Positions 1 through 9,947 of a stretch of DNA of 64,000 nt are shown one piece after another. Position numbers and translations under genes: made by a program. Origin of the DNA: an uncultured Pirellulaceae bacterium (GTDB lineage Bacteria > Planctomycetota > Planctomycetia > Pirellulales > Pirellulaceae). Each line of letters begins with the position of its first letter. Position 1 is the first letter of the stretch. The stretch is taken from the NCBI GenBank assembly GCA_964636985.1, contig CAZWSX010000003.1, positions 361,627-425,626 on the forward strand, written 5' to 3'. Below the pieces are notes generated by a model that worked only from the letters and a program-made list of their open reading frames with translations, was not told the origin of the DNA and made no database searches.

Positions 1-13
1 CGCGTGTAACAAA

Positions 14-775
14 ATGTATCGCGGCGGCAAGACCGACTTGGAAAAAGCGCTCGATACGTTGCTGCAAGTCGTTCCGCAGCGGGTCTTCAACGATCGCTGC
101 ATTCAGACCACGTTCGCGTTGTTCTGGGGGATGTTCTTACTGAGCGCCTTTCTGGCATACAACCGTTCGCTATGGCCCGACTACGTGAAAACAGTAGTCG
201 GCGACGACGAGATCCACAGCGTCGAGGAAATGTACGACAAGCCGATCGATGGGACGCGCCGATCGGAAGATCAGAATGCCTTCATGGGCGGCTTCTACGT
301 TTGGAATAACGCCGGCATCGGCTTGCGCAGTTTCGCCGGCGGAACGATCGTCCTGCCGGGGCTCCTGACCCTCGCCTACAACGCGATTCTGCTGGGGGCA
401 ATCTTCGGCCACATGGCGCGGCCCGAAGTCGTCCAAGGCGAGAACTTCTTTCACTTCGTCACGGCGCACGGCCCCTTTGAGCTTACTGCCATTGCGCTAG
501 CGGCCGGCGCGGGGCTGCGCGTCGGGCTGGGATGGCTGGCCCCTGGCGATCTCAAGCGGAGCGACTCGCTCAGACAAGCCGCCAGCGACATGCTGCCGGT
601 CGTCGGCGTCGCCACCATTTTGTTCTGCCTCGCCGCCATGATTGAAGGATTCATCTCCCCTTCGTGGCTACCTTATATCGTCAAAGCACTGGTAGCCGGG
701 TTTTCGAGCATGTTGCTCACCTGGTATTTCGTCGTTTTGGGCTGGCCCCGTGGAGGCATAGGTGCAGCTCGATAA
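14..775 (+). CDS. DUF95/SpoIIM-like integral membrane protein; N-terminus may extend upstream of the window
   Basis: Multi-TM protein with the glycine-rich helix motif FELTAIALAAGAGL. No in-frame stop between the window edge and the ATG at 14. It is the first gene of a recognisable DUF95-DUF4129-DUF4350-MoxR-DUF58 neighbourhood. Confidence 0.55.
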   Translation: MYRGGKTDLEKALDTLLQVVPQRVFNDRCIQTTFALFWGMFLLSAFLAYNRSLWPDYVKTVVGDDEIHSVEEMYDKPIDGTRRSEDQNAFMGGFYVWNNAGIGLRSFAGGTIVLPGLLTLAYNAILLGAIFGHMARPEVVQGENFFHFVTAHGPFELTAIALAAGAGLRVGLGWLAPGDLKRSDSLRQAASDMLPVVGVATILFCLAAMIEGFISPSWLPYIVKALVAGFSSMLLTWYFVVLGWPRGGIGAAR

Positions 776-1712
776 AACGCGAATTGTCATTCGCGAGCGG
801 GACTTGCCCGATACGCTCGACCTCACGCTGCAAGTCATCCGACGATTCGCTGGCGGCTTGATCATACCCATGCTGCTGGGGATCGTTCCCTTTGCGCTGC
901 TCAACTACGTCTTGATCGGCTGGATGTCTCCCCTCGCGGTCGAAGCCGCTCGGGAACAAATCGCGCAAATGCAAGGCAGCCCCTTTGAAAGCAACGTTTC
1001 GGCAGCCTTCACCGAGGAAGGCCTCCGCTACGTTTGGGCTATGTTTCTGCTCGTCTTCTGGCAGGGGCCGGCCGCGACCGCCATTGCAACCGCCTGGCTG
1101 GGCGGCGCGGTGTTCCAGCGCGATCAATCCTGGGTCGAGGTTCTCCGCGATGTCGGAAAGCTCTTCCATCGCCTGCTGTGGACCCAGTTTGTCCTCCGCG
1201 GCGTCATCGTCGGGACATGCTTGCCGCTTTTGTTCACCGAGAACTTTCAATTCGGCTGGGAACTCGGAGTGCCGATTCTGCTCTTGATCTACGTCGGCCT
1301 GCTTCGCATGCTTCGTCCGTACATGAACGAAATCGTCTTGCTCGAGCGCAATCCCCTGCTCGCGAAGACCGAGAACACCATGACCATCGGCCGCCGCAGC
1401 AACTTTTTGCACAGTCCCAGTTCGTCCGATTTGATTCTCCGCGCCATCGTGGCCGCGGTCGTCGGAGGCACCCTTTGCGTGACCATTGTCAGCTCTCTTT
1501 ACTCGGTGGGCTGGTATCTCCTCAACGAGCGTTGGTGGATCAGCCGGGTGGGGCTCGACATCATTATCCCCTTCGCCATGTGGTCCGTAGTCGCCTTCAT
1601 GGCCGTGTTTCGATTTCTCAGTTATCTGGATCTCAGAATCCGATATGAAGGATGGGAAGTCGAATTACTCATGCGGGCGGAAGCCGAACGGCTCGCCAAA
1701 CAGTTTCACTAG
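762..1712 (+). CDS. hypothetical polytopic membrane protein
   Basis: 316-aa ORF with several hydrophobic segments. Overlaps the upstream gene by 14 nt and sits 16 nt before the next gene, which suggests an operon. Confidence 0.5.
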   Translation: MQLDKTRIVIRERDLPDTLDLTLQVIRRFAGGLIIPMLLGIVPFALLNYVLIGWMSPLAVEAAREQIAQMQGSPFESNVSAAFTEEGLRYVWAMFLLVFWQGPAATAIATAWLGGAVFQRDQSWVEVLRDVGKLFHRLLWTQFVLRGVIVGTCLPLLFTENFQFGWELGVPILLLIYVGLLRMLRPYMNEIVLLERNPLLAKTENTMTIGRRSNFLHSPSSSDLILRAIVAAVVGGTLCVTIVSSLYSVGWYLLNERWWISRVGLDIIIPFAMWSVVAFMAVFRFLSYLDLRIRYEGWEVELLMRAEAERLAKQFH

Positions 1713-1727
1713 TTCCGGATCGTTTGC

Positions 1728-2687
1728 GTGTCGATGCCCCTCAACAACACGAGCAACCCATATAGCACGCCCGTCATGCGCACGCTGGCTGGCCGTGCCA
1801 TTTCACGCCGCCTGATGGTCGCGGTGCTGTGTTGCGTCTGCGGGGGGTATACGGCGAACTTGCCCCGCCCCGCATCGGCGTTCGAGGTGTACGACGAAGA
1901 AGACGATGAACCGGTATCGCAAAAGTGGAACACGCCGGTTGCCAAATCGGCTCCCGAGGTATCGAATTCGGAAGCTGAATCAAACGGTCGCGATGCGCTC
2001 CGATCCTTGAAGAAAGCACCCTGGTACGATGCCGAAGCCGATGGACTCAAGTCGATCGACCCGCCCACGGTCGTCGAAGACAAAGGTAGCCGCGGCACCT
2101 GGGAAGGCAAACTGGACGATCCGCAGACCAAAACCACAACCACGGCAGGAACGTGGGATTTTTCGCTCTGGAATATCTTGGGTTGGATCTTGCGCGGGTT
2201 TATCTTCCTGATCATCGCCGCCATACTCGGCACGATTGGCTTCGTTCTATTTCGCTACTTCAATCTGGCCAGCTATTTTGACGACGGCACATTAGGCGAC
2301 TCGACACTCGACGAAAAAATCCCCGAAACACCCGCCGACAAGATCGAGGAACTCCCCTTCGACGTCCGAGCGGTCCGCGGCAATCTGCTCGACGAAGCCC
2401 GCGCCTGCTACGAGCAAGGCGATTTCAACCGCGCCGTGGTTTACCTGTACGGGTACCAGCTGGTTCAACTCGACAAGCGGCAGCAAATCGAACTCGCCAA
2501 GGGAAAAACGAATCGGCAGTATCTGTGGGAACTCCGCAGCCGCCGCGAAATGAAGAACTTGATCGAACCGACCGTGGTCGCATTCGAGGATGCTTTCTTC
2601 GGCGAACACGATCTCGATCGCTCGCGCTTCGAGCCCCTCTGGAAAAACGTCGATCGCTTTCATCAACTTTTGGAGCAGCCGGTATGA
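1728..2687 (+). CDS. membrane protein with cytoplasmic C-terminal domain (DUF4129-like by operon position)
   Basis: N-terminal hydrophobic segment, an acidic region, a TM helix (FIFLIIAAILGTIGFVLF), then a ~130-aa soluble tail. The stop overlaps the next start as ATGA at 2684-2687. Confidence 0.45.
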   Translation: MSMPLNNTSNPYSTPVMRTLAGRAISRRLMVAVLCCVCGGYTANLPRPASAFEVYDEEDDEPVSQKWNTPVAKSAPEVSNSEAESNGRDALRSLKKAPWYDAEADGLKSIDPPTVVEDKGSRGTWEGKLDDPQTKTTTTAGTWDFSLWNILGWILRGFIFLIIAAILGTIGFVLFRYFNLASYFDDGTLGDSTLDEKIPETPADKIEELPFDVRAVRGNLLDEARACYEQGDFNRAVVYLYGYQLVQLDKRQQIELAKGKTNRQYLWELRSRREMKNLIEPTVVAFEDAFFGEHDLDRSRFEPLWKNVDRFHQLLEQPV

Positions 2688-4153
2688 TTTGCTTGCAGCT
2701 CCGCTACTTAATGGCTGCGCTCGCTGTCACCATCCTCGCTACGGTTGGCTGCGGAAAGAGCGAGTTGCCGGTCGAGTACGGCAAACGCCAGGCCTCGCCG
2801 GCGGGGCAAAGCGTTTCCGGAACGGCGGCTCTCGAAAAACTGTTCGAACTGAACGGCTCCACGGTCCAAGGCTCCGCCAAGTTGTCGGACCGCTTGGAAA
2901 AAGCGCAAATCCTGGTATGGACGCCCGATTCCTTTAAAGGCCCCTCCAGCGCGGAACGCAAGTTCCTGGAAAAGTGGCTCTATAACAATGGCAACGGCGG
3001 GCGAACGCTGATCTACATCGGCCGCGACTTCGACCCCGCCGAACGTTATTGGGAATTGATCGCCGCCAACAGTAAATCGACCGAGTCGTTCGAACGCAAA
3101 CGTCGCTGGGCCGACGTCAAATCGAAGAACGAGGCCGAGCGCGCCGCCATCCCCGCACGTCAATCGTACGAGTGGTTCGACATGCTCGGCGGCATGGGCG
3201 AACGCAAAATCGATTCGCTCGACGGCCCCTGGGCCGAGGGCATCGATCCCGCGAAGGCCGACCTGTGGTTGAATACCCGGCTCGATCTTCCCTTTGGCAA
3301 GGTTGCCCCCGCCATCCCAACGCCGGTGTTTTTGCCGCCGTGGGCCAAAAAGCAAGCGCGGAGGCCCGTGGCGCCCAGTGTTCAACTGGGCACTGGGAAC
3401 AGCGAGATCCTGTTGCAAAGCGAGAATGATATTCTCGCGTTCCGCCAAACGTGGGATGCCGCGCCCAATTCGCAACTGATCGTGGTTGCCAACGGATCGT
3501 TTAGCCTCAACATGCCGTTGGCCAATGCCGAGCATCGCAAGCTTGCCATGCGAATGGTTCGATCGTGCCCCAGCAAGGGGAACGTCGTCTTTCTCGAAAG
3601 CGGAGAGAATGGCCTTCCCGTTAAAGAGCAGTCCGATGGAGAGCGGGGTAACGCGTGGCGCCTGATGATGTCGTGGCCGCTGGGAGTGATTGTGCTTCAC
3701 TTCTCGGCGTTAGGGCTGGCGTTCCTCATTGCCCGCTTCATCCCGTTCGGCCGCGCCCGATCGATTCCCAAAACCAAACTGGCCGACTTCGGCAAGCACG
3801 TCGAAGCCCTGGGGCACTTGATGGCGCGAACCAAAGACTACGGCTACGCGACCAGCAATCTACAGCAATACCGGCTGAAAGCTCGCCGCGCCTCCGGCGT
3901 TCGCCACGATCAGGCGCGTGTTTTGGAAGTCGCCCCCGGAGCGATTCACGACGTCAAGCTCAAGGCCTCTCCGATCGAATTGAAACTTCCCTCGCGCATC
4001 CCCACAGCCGGGACAAGTGCATCTGGCGGCGCGACAGCGGCCACGATCCTCGCCGAGCCTCCTGCGGAACCCCATGCTGTGGCGGAAAGCCCGGCTGCCA
4101 CCCACGAAGCAAAGCCGGAGCCAGCACCTCCGCCAGATGGTGCTGCCACCTAG
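2684..4153 (+). CDS. DUF4350-like lipoprotein (ATG at 2684 is more likely than the ORF-track start at 2525)
   Basis: MICLQLRYLMAALAVTILATVGC looks like a lipoprotein signal peptide with a lipobox Cys. The ATG overlaps the upstream stop (ATGA). There is a TM-like segment near the C-terminus and a P/A-rich tail. Confidence 0.5.
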   Translation: MICLQLRYLMAALAVTILATVGCGKSELPVEYGKRQASPAGQSVSGTAALEKLFELNGSTVQGSAKLSDRLEKAQILVWTPDSFKGPSSAERKFLEKWLYNNGNGGRTLIYIGRDFDPAERYWELIAANSKSTESFERKRRWADVKSKNEAERAAIPARQSYEWFDMLGGMGERKIDSLDGPWAEGIDPAKADLWLNTRLDLPFGKVAPAIPTPVFLPPWAKKQARRPVAPSVQLGTGNSEILLQSENDILAFRQTWDAAPNSQLIVVANGSFSLNMPLANAEHRKLAMRMVRSCPSKGNVVFLESGENGLPVKEQSDGERGNAWRLMMSWPLGVIVLHFSALGLAFLIARFIPFGRARSIPKTKLADFGKHVEALGHLMARTKDYGYATSNLQQYRLKARRASGVRHDQARVLEVAPGAIHDVKLKASPIELKLPSRIPTAGTSASGGATAATILAEPPAEPHAVAESPAATHEAKPEPAPPPDGAAT

Positions 4154-4251
4154 CATCGCCGCAGCGTTAGAATCATCACCATTCGCAAAAAACCGCAATA
4201 CTCTTCAACCCAGCACTCTTTAATCGACGCCAGTTGATCCAACAATAATCC

Positions 4252-5739
4252 ATGAGCACGACACCCTTTGGCACAAGCGGCTCGGCCGCCGCTGGCGTTG
4301 AGTTTCCTTGTTCGGGCTGCAGCCGAATGTTGAAAGTCCCCGCCACCGCGGTGGGCAAACAGGCCAAGTGCCCCCAATGCGGCGTGGTCCAAACCATCCC
4401 CGGTCAGTCCAGTGTCGCGCAAACCATTCCCGGGCTGGCGACGATGCAAGGCCCCGCCCCGCAGACGCCTCCCTCGTTCGGCCATGCGCCCAACTTTGGC
4501 CAGCCTGCTGCTCCTCAGTCGAACTTCGTCCCTCAGTCCAACTATGGTTCGCAGCCAGGTTACGGATCGCAGCCGGGCTTTGGGCAGCAACCTGCTTACG
4601 GTCAACAATCGGCTCATCCCCCGGCGCCGCCGCGGCCGATCCCGCAAATGTCCTTTCAGCCGCCAGCCGCCGCACCACCGGCACCTGGTCCCATGCACCT
4701 GACTCCGGCACCCGCCCAACAGCCACAGCCGTCCGCGGCGCCGATGGGGCACGGGCAAAGTGGTTTCGCCGCCACGCCGGCCCGCGAAACACCAACGAAA
4801 CTTTTGTTCGACAAGATCGCCAGCGAGATCGCCAAGATCTATGTCGGGCAAGACGAACTCGTTCTCGGCTCACTGGTGGCTTTGTTTTCCAACGGCCACG
4901 TCTTGATCGAAAGCGTCCCAGGGTTAGGCAAGACTCTCTTCGTCCGCACGCTCGGCCGCGTGCTCGGTTTGCCCTTCGGCCGCATCCAGTTCACGGCCGA
5001 CTTGATGCCCAGCGATATCACGGGCGCACCGATCTTCGATATGAAGACGCAGGAGTTCCGCTTCCGGCCGGGCCCCGTTTTCACGCAGCTTCTGCTGGCG
5101 GACGAAATCAATCGCTCGCCGGCCAAAACCCACGCGGCTCTTTTGGAAACCATGCAGGAATACCGCGTCACCATCGACGGCAAGAGCCATCCGCTGGAAC
5201 GCCCGTTCTTGGTCTTGGCAACGCAAAACCCCATCGAGTCGGAAGGGACCTACAACCTTCCTGAAGCGCAGCTCGACCGTTTCATGTTCAAGCTCGTCGC
5301 CAACTACCCCAAGGAAAACGAGGAACAAGACATCCTCAAAATGCACAGCCGTCAGGAGGACGTCAATTTGCAGCTGAACGACAAGCTCGAGCAGGTCACC
5401 AACTGCCAAGAGATCCAAAAGATCATCCAGGAAAATGCCCAGGTCCATATCGACGACCGGCTAGTCGACTACATCACCAAGATCGTCCGGCTCACGCGCC
5501 AGTGGCGCGAACTCCACATGGGGGCGTCGCCTCGTGCCGGGATCGCGCTCATGCAGGCCGCCCGCACGCTGGCCGCCTTTAGCGGCCGCGACTATGCCGT
5601 GCCCGACGACGTGGTCCAACTTTCGCTTCCGATTCTGCGCCATCGCGTGGTGCTCACTGCGGAGGCCGAAGTGGAAGGAAAGAAAGTCGACGACGTCCTG
5701 GTTGAAATGATCCGTTCCGTGGAGGTCCCACGCTTTTGA
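4252..5739 (+). CDS. MoxR-family AAA+ ATPase with N-terminal CxxC...CxxC zinc ribbon and a P/Q/G/Y-rich low-complexity linker
   Basis: The N-terminus has CSGCSRMLKV...CPQCG. A ~170-aa linker follows with repeats such as SQPGYGSQPGFGQQPAYGQQ. The ATPase core has Walker A (VPGLGKT), Walker B (LLADEIN) and an LVLATQNP sensor region. Confidence 0.85.
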   Translation: MSTTPFGTSGSAAAGVEFPCSGCSRMLKVPATAVGKQAKCPQCGVVQTIPGQSSVAQTIPGLATMQGPAPQTPPSFGHAPNFGQPAAPQSNFVPQSNYGSQPGYGSQPGFGQQPAYGQQSAHPPAPPRPIPQMSFQPPAAAPPAPGPMHLTPAPAQQPQPSAAPMGHGQSGFAATPARETPTKLLFDKIASEIAKIYVGQDELVLGSLVALFSNGHVLIESVPGLGKTLFVRTLGRVLGLPFGRIQFTADLMPSDITGAPIFDMKTQEFRFRPGPVFTQLLLADEINRSPAKTHAALLETMQEYRVTIDGKSHPLERPFLVLATQNPIESEGTYNLPEAQLDRFMFKLVANYPKENEEQDILKMHSRQEDVNLQLNDKLEQVTNCQEIQKIIQENAQVHIDDRLVDYITKIVRLTRQWRELHMGASPRAGIALMQAARTLAAFSGRDYAVPDDVVQLSLPILRHRVVLTAEAEVEGKKVDDVLVEMIRSVEVPRF

Positions 5740-7160
5740 ACGACTTCTTCGAGCGACTGTACAAGCTCGGTCCCTTGCTGACCGAATACCCGATCATCAC
5801 GTTGATCGCGTTCGCGTCTCCGTTTGTCGTCCTGGCGGCGGTCAAGCGGATTCGTCCCAGCAACCTGCTTTTGCTGGGCATGCTGGCCGCCAGCTTGTTC
5901 AATTTCTCGATCCTGATTTCCAACGACGCCCTGCCGTTCATCTTGGTGGTCGACGTCGTCCTCGGCATCCTGGCCGCGATCGACGCCTTTACGCTTCCCA
6001 GCCGCAAGGCGCTCGCCTGCCAGCGACAGGCGTTGCGAGTGGTCTCGCTGCAAAAGCCGCATCGCGTCACGCTGCAAATCGTCAACCAATCGAATCGTCC
6101 CATCCGCTTGCGCATCCGCGACGACGCGCCGCAGGGGTTCGCGGCCACGCCCGACGAGTTCGCCCGCGTCCTGGCACCTCGCAGCCGCACGTCGCTGCAA
6201 TACGATTTCTCAGCCTCGCGGCGCGGCGCGTTCGAAATGAACCGCGTCTACGTCGAATGCCAAAGCCGCTGGCGATTGTGGACGCGGTTGATGGAATACC
6301 CCGTCAACAGCGTCTTCCACGTCTATCCCGATATGCGGCAATTGGCCCAGTACGCCGTGATGGCGCGGACCAATCGCCTGAGCCTGCTCGGCGTCCGCCG
6401 CACGCGCCGGATCGGAACCGATAACGATTTCGAACGGCTCCGCGACTACACCTTCGACGACAACTACAAGCACCTCGACTGGCGCAGCACCGCTCGCCGC
6501 AACAAGCTGACCGTCAAGGATTTTCAAACCAGCCAAAGCCAGCGGTTGATCTTCATGATCGACTGCGGCCGCATGATGACCAACGAGTCGGGCGGCATCA
6601 GCTTGCTCGACCACGCGCTCAACGCAATGCTGATGCTCGCATGGGTGGCGCTCAAGCAAGGGGACTCCGTCGGGCTGATGCTCTTCTCCGATCGGATCCT
6701 GGCCTACGTTCCGCCCAGCAGTGGCATGGGGCACATGAACCAACTGCTGCACGCTTCATTCGACAAGTTTCCCGAAGTCGTCGAATCTCGCTACGACCTG
6801 GCGTTCTTGCACCTGAACCGCTACTGCCGCAAGCGCTCGCTGGTGGTCTTGGCCACCAACGTGATCGACGAGGTCAACGCACACCAGATCCACAGTTACC
6901 TGCTCAACCTGGTCGGCAAACACTTGCCGATGGCCGTGCTGATGCGAGACCACTCGCTTTTCGACATCGCCGACGGTCCGACTAACACCGCCGAAGCTCT
7001 CTACCGCGCCGGCGCTGCCGCCGAAATCTTGAACTGGCGGCACCAGGTTCTCACCGACCTGGAACACGCGGGCGTCCTGATGCTCGACACCTTCCCCGAA
7101 GACATGACCGCGCCGCTGATCAATCAGTACCTGGCCGTTAAAGCGCGGAACATGCTGTAG
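5736..7160 (+). CDS. DUF58 (vWA-like) domain protein, the usual MoxR partner
   Basis: Putative TTG start overlapping the MoxR stop (TTGA). Two N-terminal TM helices. DUF58 signature region FERLRDYTFDDNYKHLDWRSTARRNKLTVKDFQ...LIFMIDCGRMM. Confidence 0.8.
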   Translation: MNDFFERLYKLGPLLTEYPIITLIAFASPFVVLAAVKRIRPSNLLLLGMLAASLFNFSILISNDALPFILVVDVVLGILAAIDAFTLPSRKALACQRQALRVVSLQKPHRVTLQIVNQSNRPIRLRIRDDAPQGFAATPDEFARVLAPRSRTSLQYDFSASRRGAFEMNRVYVECQSRWRLWTRLMEYPVNSVFHVYPDMRQLAQYAVMARTNRLSLLGVRRTRRIGTDNDFERLRDYTFDDNYKHLDWRSTARRNKLTVKDFQTSQSQRLIFMIDCGRMMTNESGGISLLDHALNAMLMLAWVALKQGDSVGLMLFSDRILAYVPPSSGMGHMNQLLHASFDKFPEVVESRYDLAFLHLNRYCRKRSLVVLATNVIDEVNAHQIHSYLLNLVGKHLPMAVLMRDHSLFDIADGPTNTAEALYRAGAAAEILNWRHQVLTDLEHAGVLMLDTFPEDMTAPLINQYLAVKARNML

Positions 7161-7170
7161 ACCGTGCGCA

Positions 7171-8142
7171 GTGCAGACGCGAGGGCGCGAGGCGGTGGCG
7201 AAGTATCAAGAAGATATGCCGCTCGGAGAACTCGCCGAGGAAGTGTCGCGGCACCTTCGAAAGCCGTGCCATCTCCGCAAAATCAGCGGCTATCTCAACC
7301 GCACCGAAGTCTTCACGGTGAATGCCGATGAAGCGGTCGTAAAAGCGTACCACCACGCCGCGGATTCCAAATTCGCTCGCGAAGTCTCGGCGTACCGCGC
7401 TCTCGAAGGAACTCCTCTTCCGGTCGCAACGCTCTTAACAGCGAACAAGCTCAAGGATGGCACGCCATGGATTTGTCTGAGCTACCTGCACGGCGATCCC
7501 GCCGACCACATGCTGCCGAAGCTCACGCTGGACCACGATGCTCAACTGTTGAGAGGCATCGGGGCCGTCACGCAACAGTTGCACGAAATCCGCTTCGACC
7601 CCGCGCAAACGCTCGACGAGAGAGTCCGCCCCACAAACACGATGGAAAGCCAGATCGTGGAACGCTATCGACGTTTCCGTGACGTTGTCCTGGAACGGAA
7701 CGACCCTTGCCGCGACGTTCAGTCGGCGGCATCAACGTCATTCGAATCGGCAGTTGCGGCGACATCTTTTATCACCGGCCAGATCCAGCCGTGTCTTGTT
7801 CACGGCGATTTGTCGACCAGGAACTTCCTCGCCTTATGTTCGTCAGATATCCAGATTTCCGGAATGCTCGATTTCGAACGCAGCACATTCGGCGACCCAG
7901 CCCAGGACCTGGCGATGATTTGGATCAAGGACCTGCAAGGCAGGCCGCCGCGCGAAACGGCCTTTCAGCAAGGCTACGGGCAACTCTCCGTGGACATCCG
8001 CCAGCGCGTGCGAGTCCACGCGATCGGGCAGCTATTCGAAATTGCGAGTTGGTCCTGGGAAATGGATCGTCCGTTTTTCGAGTTTGCGATGGCAACACTC
8101 CCGCGGTTGATCTCAAGCGATCGCGAACTTTTTTCGGCATAG
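7171..8142 (+). CDS. phosphotransferase-family protein (aminoglycoside/choline-kinase-like fold)
   Basis: Brenner-like catalytic motif LVHGDLSTRNFL and a downstream MLDFERSTFGDPAQDLA (DxD) motif typical of APH-family kinases. Confidence 0.6.
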   Translation: MQTRGREAVAKYQEDMPLGELAEEVSRHLRKPCHLRKISGYLNRTEVFTVNADEAVVKAYHHAADSKFAREVSAYRALEGTPLPVATLLTANKLKDGTPWICLSYLHGDPADHMLPKLTLDHDAQLLRGIGAVTQQLHEIRFDPAQTLDERVRPTNTMESQIVERYRRFRDVVLERNDPCRDVQSAASTSFESAVAATSFITGQIQPCLVHGDLSTRNFLALCSSDIQISGMLDFERSTFGDPAQDLAMIWIKDLQGRPPRETAFQQGYGQLSVDIRQRVRVHAIGQLFEIASWSWEMDRPFFEFAMATLPRLISSDRELFSA

Positions 8143-8173
8143 CCGCAGTATCGCAAGCCAATTCCGTGAACCA

Positions 8174-8956
8174 TTACCAAGCAGGCGCCTCGCCGCCGTT
8201 GGGAGTGACGATCGTCCAAAAGACTTGCACGTCAATTTGCGGACTAATCACGCGTACCGAGCTATCGTGCATCGCCGCCAGCAACCCGCCCCGCTGCAGC
8301 GCCTGCGGAATGGTGGAGTCGCACTCCGTTTCTTTCGGCATGACCTGGAACTTCTTGTTGCGAACCGATGGATACGTGACCCGGTTGTCGGTGATGGGGA
8401 CGACGTCGTTCCATCTGGCGCCCGCGAACGTGTTGGGCCGCGGCTGATCGGCAGGCGGTGCCACCCGCTCCATATCGTCGTCCACGTCCTGTAGCTGACT
8501 CAACGTAACCATCGTGCCGTCGACCATGAAGATAAACCGGCCGCACACCGAGTAGTGCTCGGTGTACAACAACGTATTGCTCTTGCCATCTTCAATGTCG
8601 GGCCGCCGCGCATTTCGCAGCCGATTGCGATACTCCAAAAAATCGTTTTCGCAGTAGCTAACCGCGTTAGGCCAGGCCACCGACGACGTAGGATCGTTGG
8701 GACTACGCAGGACTGTGGGATTGCCTTCGCGCGCCTCTCTTCGCCATTGCGCCAAGTGATTTGTGTTTGATTCCGATGCCATGTCGTCGGCCAGCGCTAG
8801 CTGGCGGAGGTTGCTTTTACTCAGCGTCGTCCTGGCGGCAGCCCGCGCCGATTGGACACCAGTTAGCGTCAGCGCAACCAACACGCCGATGATGGCCATA
8901 ACTACCAGAAGCTCAACGAGTGAAAGGCCCGCACGAACGCGAGAAGACGAGATCAT
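8174..8956 (-). CDS. DUF1559 protein with prepilin-type N-terminal cleavage/methylation domain
   Basis: GLSLVELLVVMAIIGVLVALTLTGVQSARAAAR matches a type IV pilin-like N-terminus, and the C-terminal AMHDSSVRVIS resembles the DUF1559 H-x-DG tail. The internal ATG at 8956 is preferred over the ORF-track start at 9139, which overlaps the neighbouring gene. Confidence 0.7.
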   Translation of the reverse strand: MISSSRVRAGLSLVELLVVMAIIGVLVALTLTGVQSARAAARTTLSKSNLRQLALADDMASESNTNHLAQWRREAREGNPTVLRSPNDPTSSVAWPNAVSYCENDFLEYRNRLRNARRPDIEDGKSNTLLYTEHYSVCGRFIFMVDGTMVTLSQLQDVDDDMERVAPPADQPRPNTFAGARWNDVVPITDNRVTYPSVRNKKFQVMPKETECDSTIPQALQRGGLLAAMHDSSVRVISPQIDVQVFWTIVTPNGGEAPAW

Positions 8957-9053
8957 AGAAATTTGCCCGAGGGAACCGTGGAAGAGGAGAGAACGGCCTC
9001 GAATCGACAAGCGCAATCGTATGCTATTCCAAGCCACAAGCAATAGTTTTTTG

Positions 9054-9935
9054 CTATTGGCTTGCTTGATTGGGCGCGGAAAGCAAATAGACGTCGAACT
9101 GCCCGTCCCGCTCGCAAATCGCAGCCAGGCTCTTTCCATCAGGATGCCAGGCCGGGTAATCGTCGCGTTCAGGGTTCTCCGTCCATCGCTGAACGTTTTT
9201 CCCGTCGCGGTCCATCACATAAATTTCCGCGTTGCCATCGCGATGGCTGACAAAAGCGATCCGTTTCCCGTCGGGCGAGAACCGTGGACGAATATCCTGC
9301 AGCGGCGAATCGGTCAGCCGCGTCGCGAGGCCGCCTTCAGCCGGCATCACGTAGATTTCGAAATTGCCGTCGCGGGTCGAGCTGAAAACAAGCTCTGTGC
9401 CGTCAGGCGAGAAGTCGGGCCAGTTGTTGAAGCTGCTGGCGTCGGCCAGCTCCTTGCGGTCGCGCCCATCAGCGCCGATCGAGATCAATCGCTGCCCGCC
9501 GCCATCGGGAAAGTTAAACGCGATCCGCTTGCCGTCGCTCGAAATCGCCGGGCTACGAAGCCCCGAAAATCCGGCCGCCGGCGGAATCTCCACTTCCTCG
9601 TCGCGCTCGGAATTGCGAACGCCGATGGCCACGCTCAAGGGACCTTTGAGTCGCAAGAAAACATAGTGCGGACTGTTGCGCGCCCAATGCGGTTCGAACT
9701 CGCTGGTCGATGCCTTCGGATGCAGCGGCTCGGCTTTCTTCGTCTCCAGATCAAGCCGCATCAATCGCAACAGCGTCGGCTTCTCGAGTTCCGCATACAG
9801 AATCGATTTCTGCTTCCAATCGAACGTAGGGCTGAACTTGAGCCGCCCATCCTCGGTAAGGCGAATCGGCTCGGCGGACGACGCTACGCTCGCCAAAGCA
9901 AGAGTAACCAGGACCAATAGTCCTATCCGCGCCAT
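9054..9935 (-). CDS. TolB-like periplasmic beta-propeller protein (PD40/WD40-like repeats)
   Basis: N-terminal signal peptide (MARIGLLVLVTLALASVASSA). Repeated F/SPDGKRIAF....DG..EIYVM units are typical of TolB-type propeller blades. Confidence 0.7.
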   Translation of the reverse strand: MARIGLLVLVTLALASVASSAEPIRLTEDGRLKFSPTFDWKQKSILYAELEKPTLLRLMRLDLETKKAEPLHPKASTSEFEPHWARNSPHYVFLRLKGPLSVAIGVRNSERDEEVEIPPAAGFSGLRSPAISSDGKRIAFNFPDGGGQRLISIGADGRDRKELADASSFNNWPDFSPDGTELVFSSTRDGNFEIYVMPAEGGLATRLTDSPLQDIRPRFSPDGKRIAFVSHRDGNAEIYVMDRDGKNVQRWTENPERDDYPAWHPDGKSLAAICERDGQFDVYLLSAPNQASQ

Positions 9936-9947
9936 AAGGCCTCCCGC

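Noticed and set aside
2525-2683. N-terminal 53-codon extension of the DUF4350-like ORF
   Set aside because: It overlaps the upstream gene in another frame. The internal ATG at 2684 overlaps the upstream stop (ATGA) and is immediately followed by a lipoprotein signal peptide
2708-3700. 330-aa antisense ORF opposite the DUF4350-like gene, and similar long antisense ORFs (12890..14335, 12931..13746, 31076..32407, 57876..59021, 61572..62303)
   Set aside because: These are shadow ORFs expected in high-GC DNA. Their translations are Arg/Pro/Gly-rich low-complexity sequence, and the opposite-strand genes have clear domain motifs
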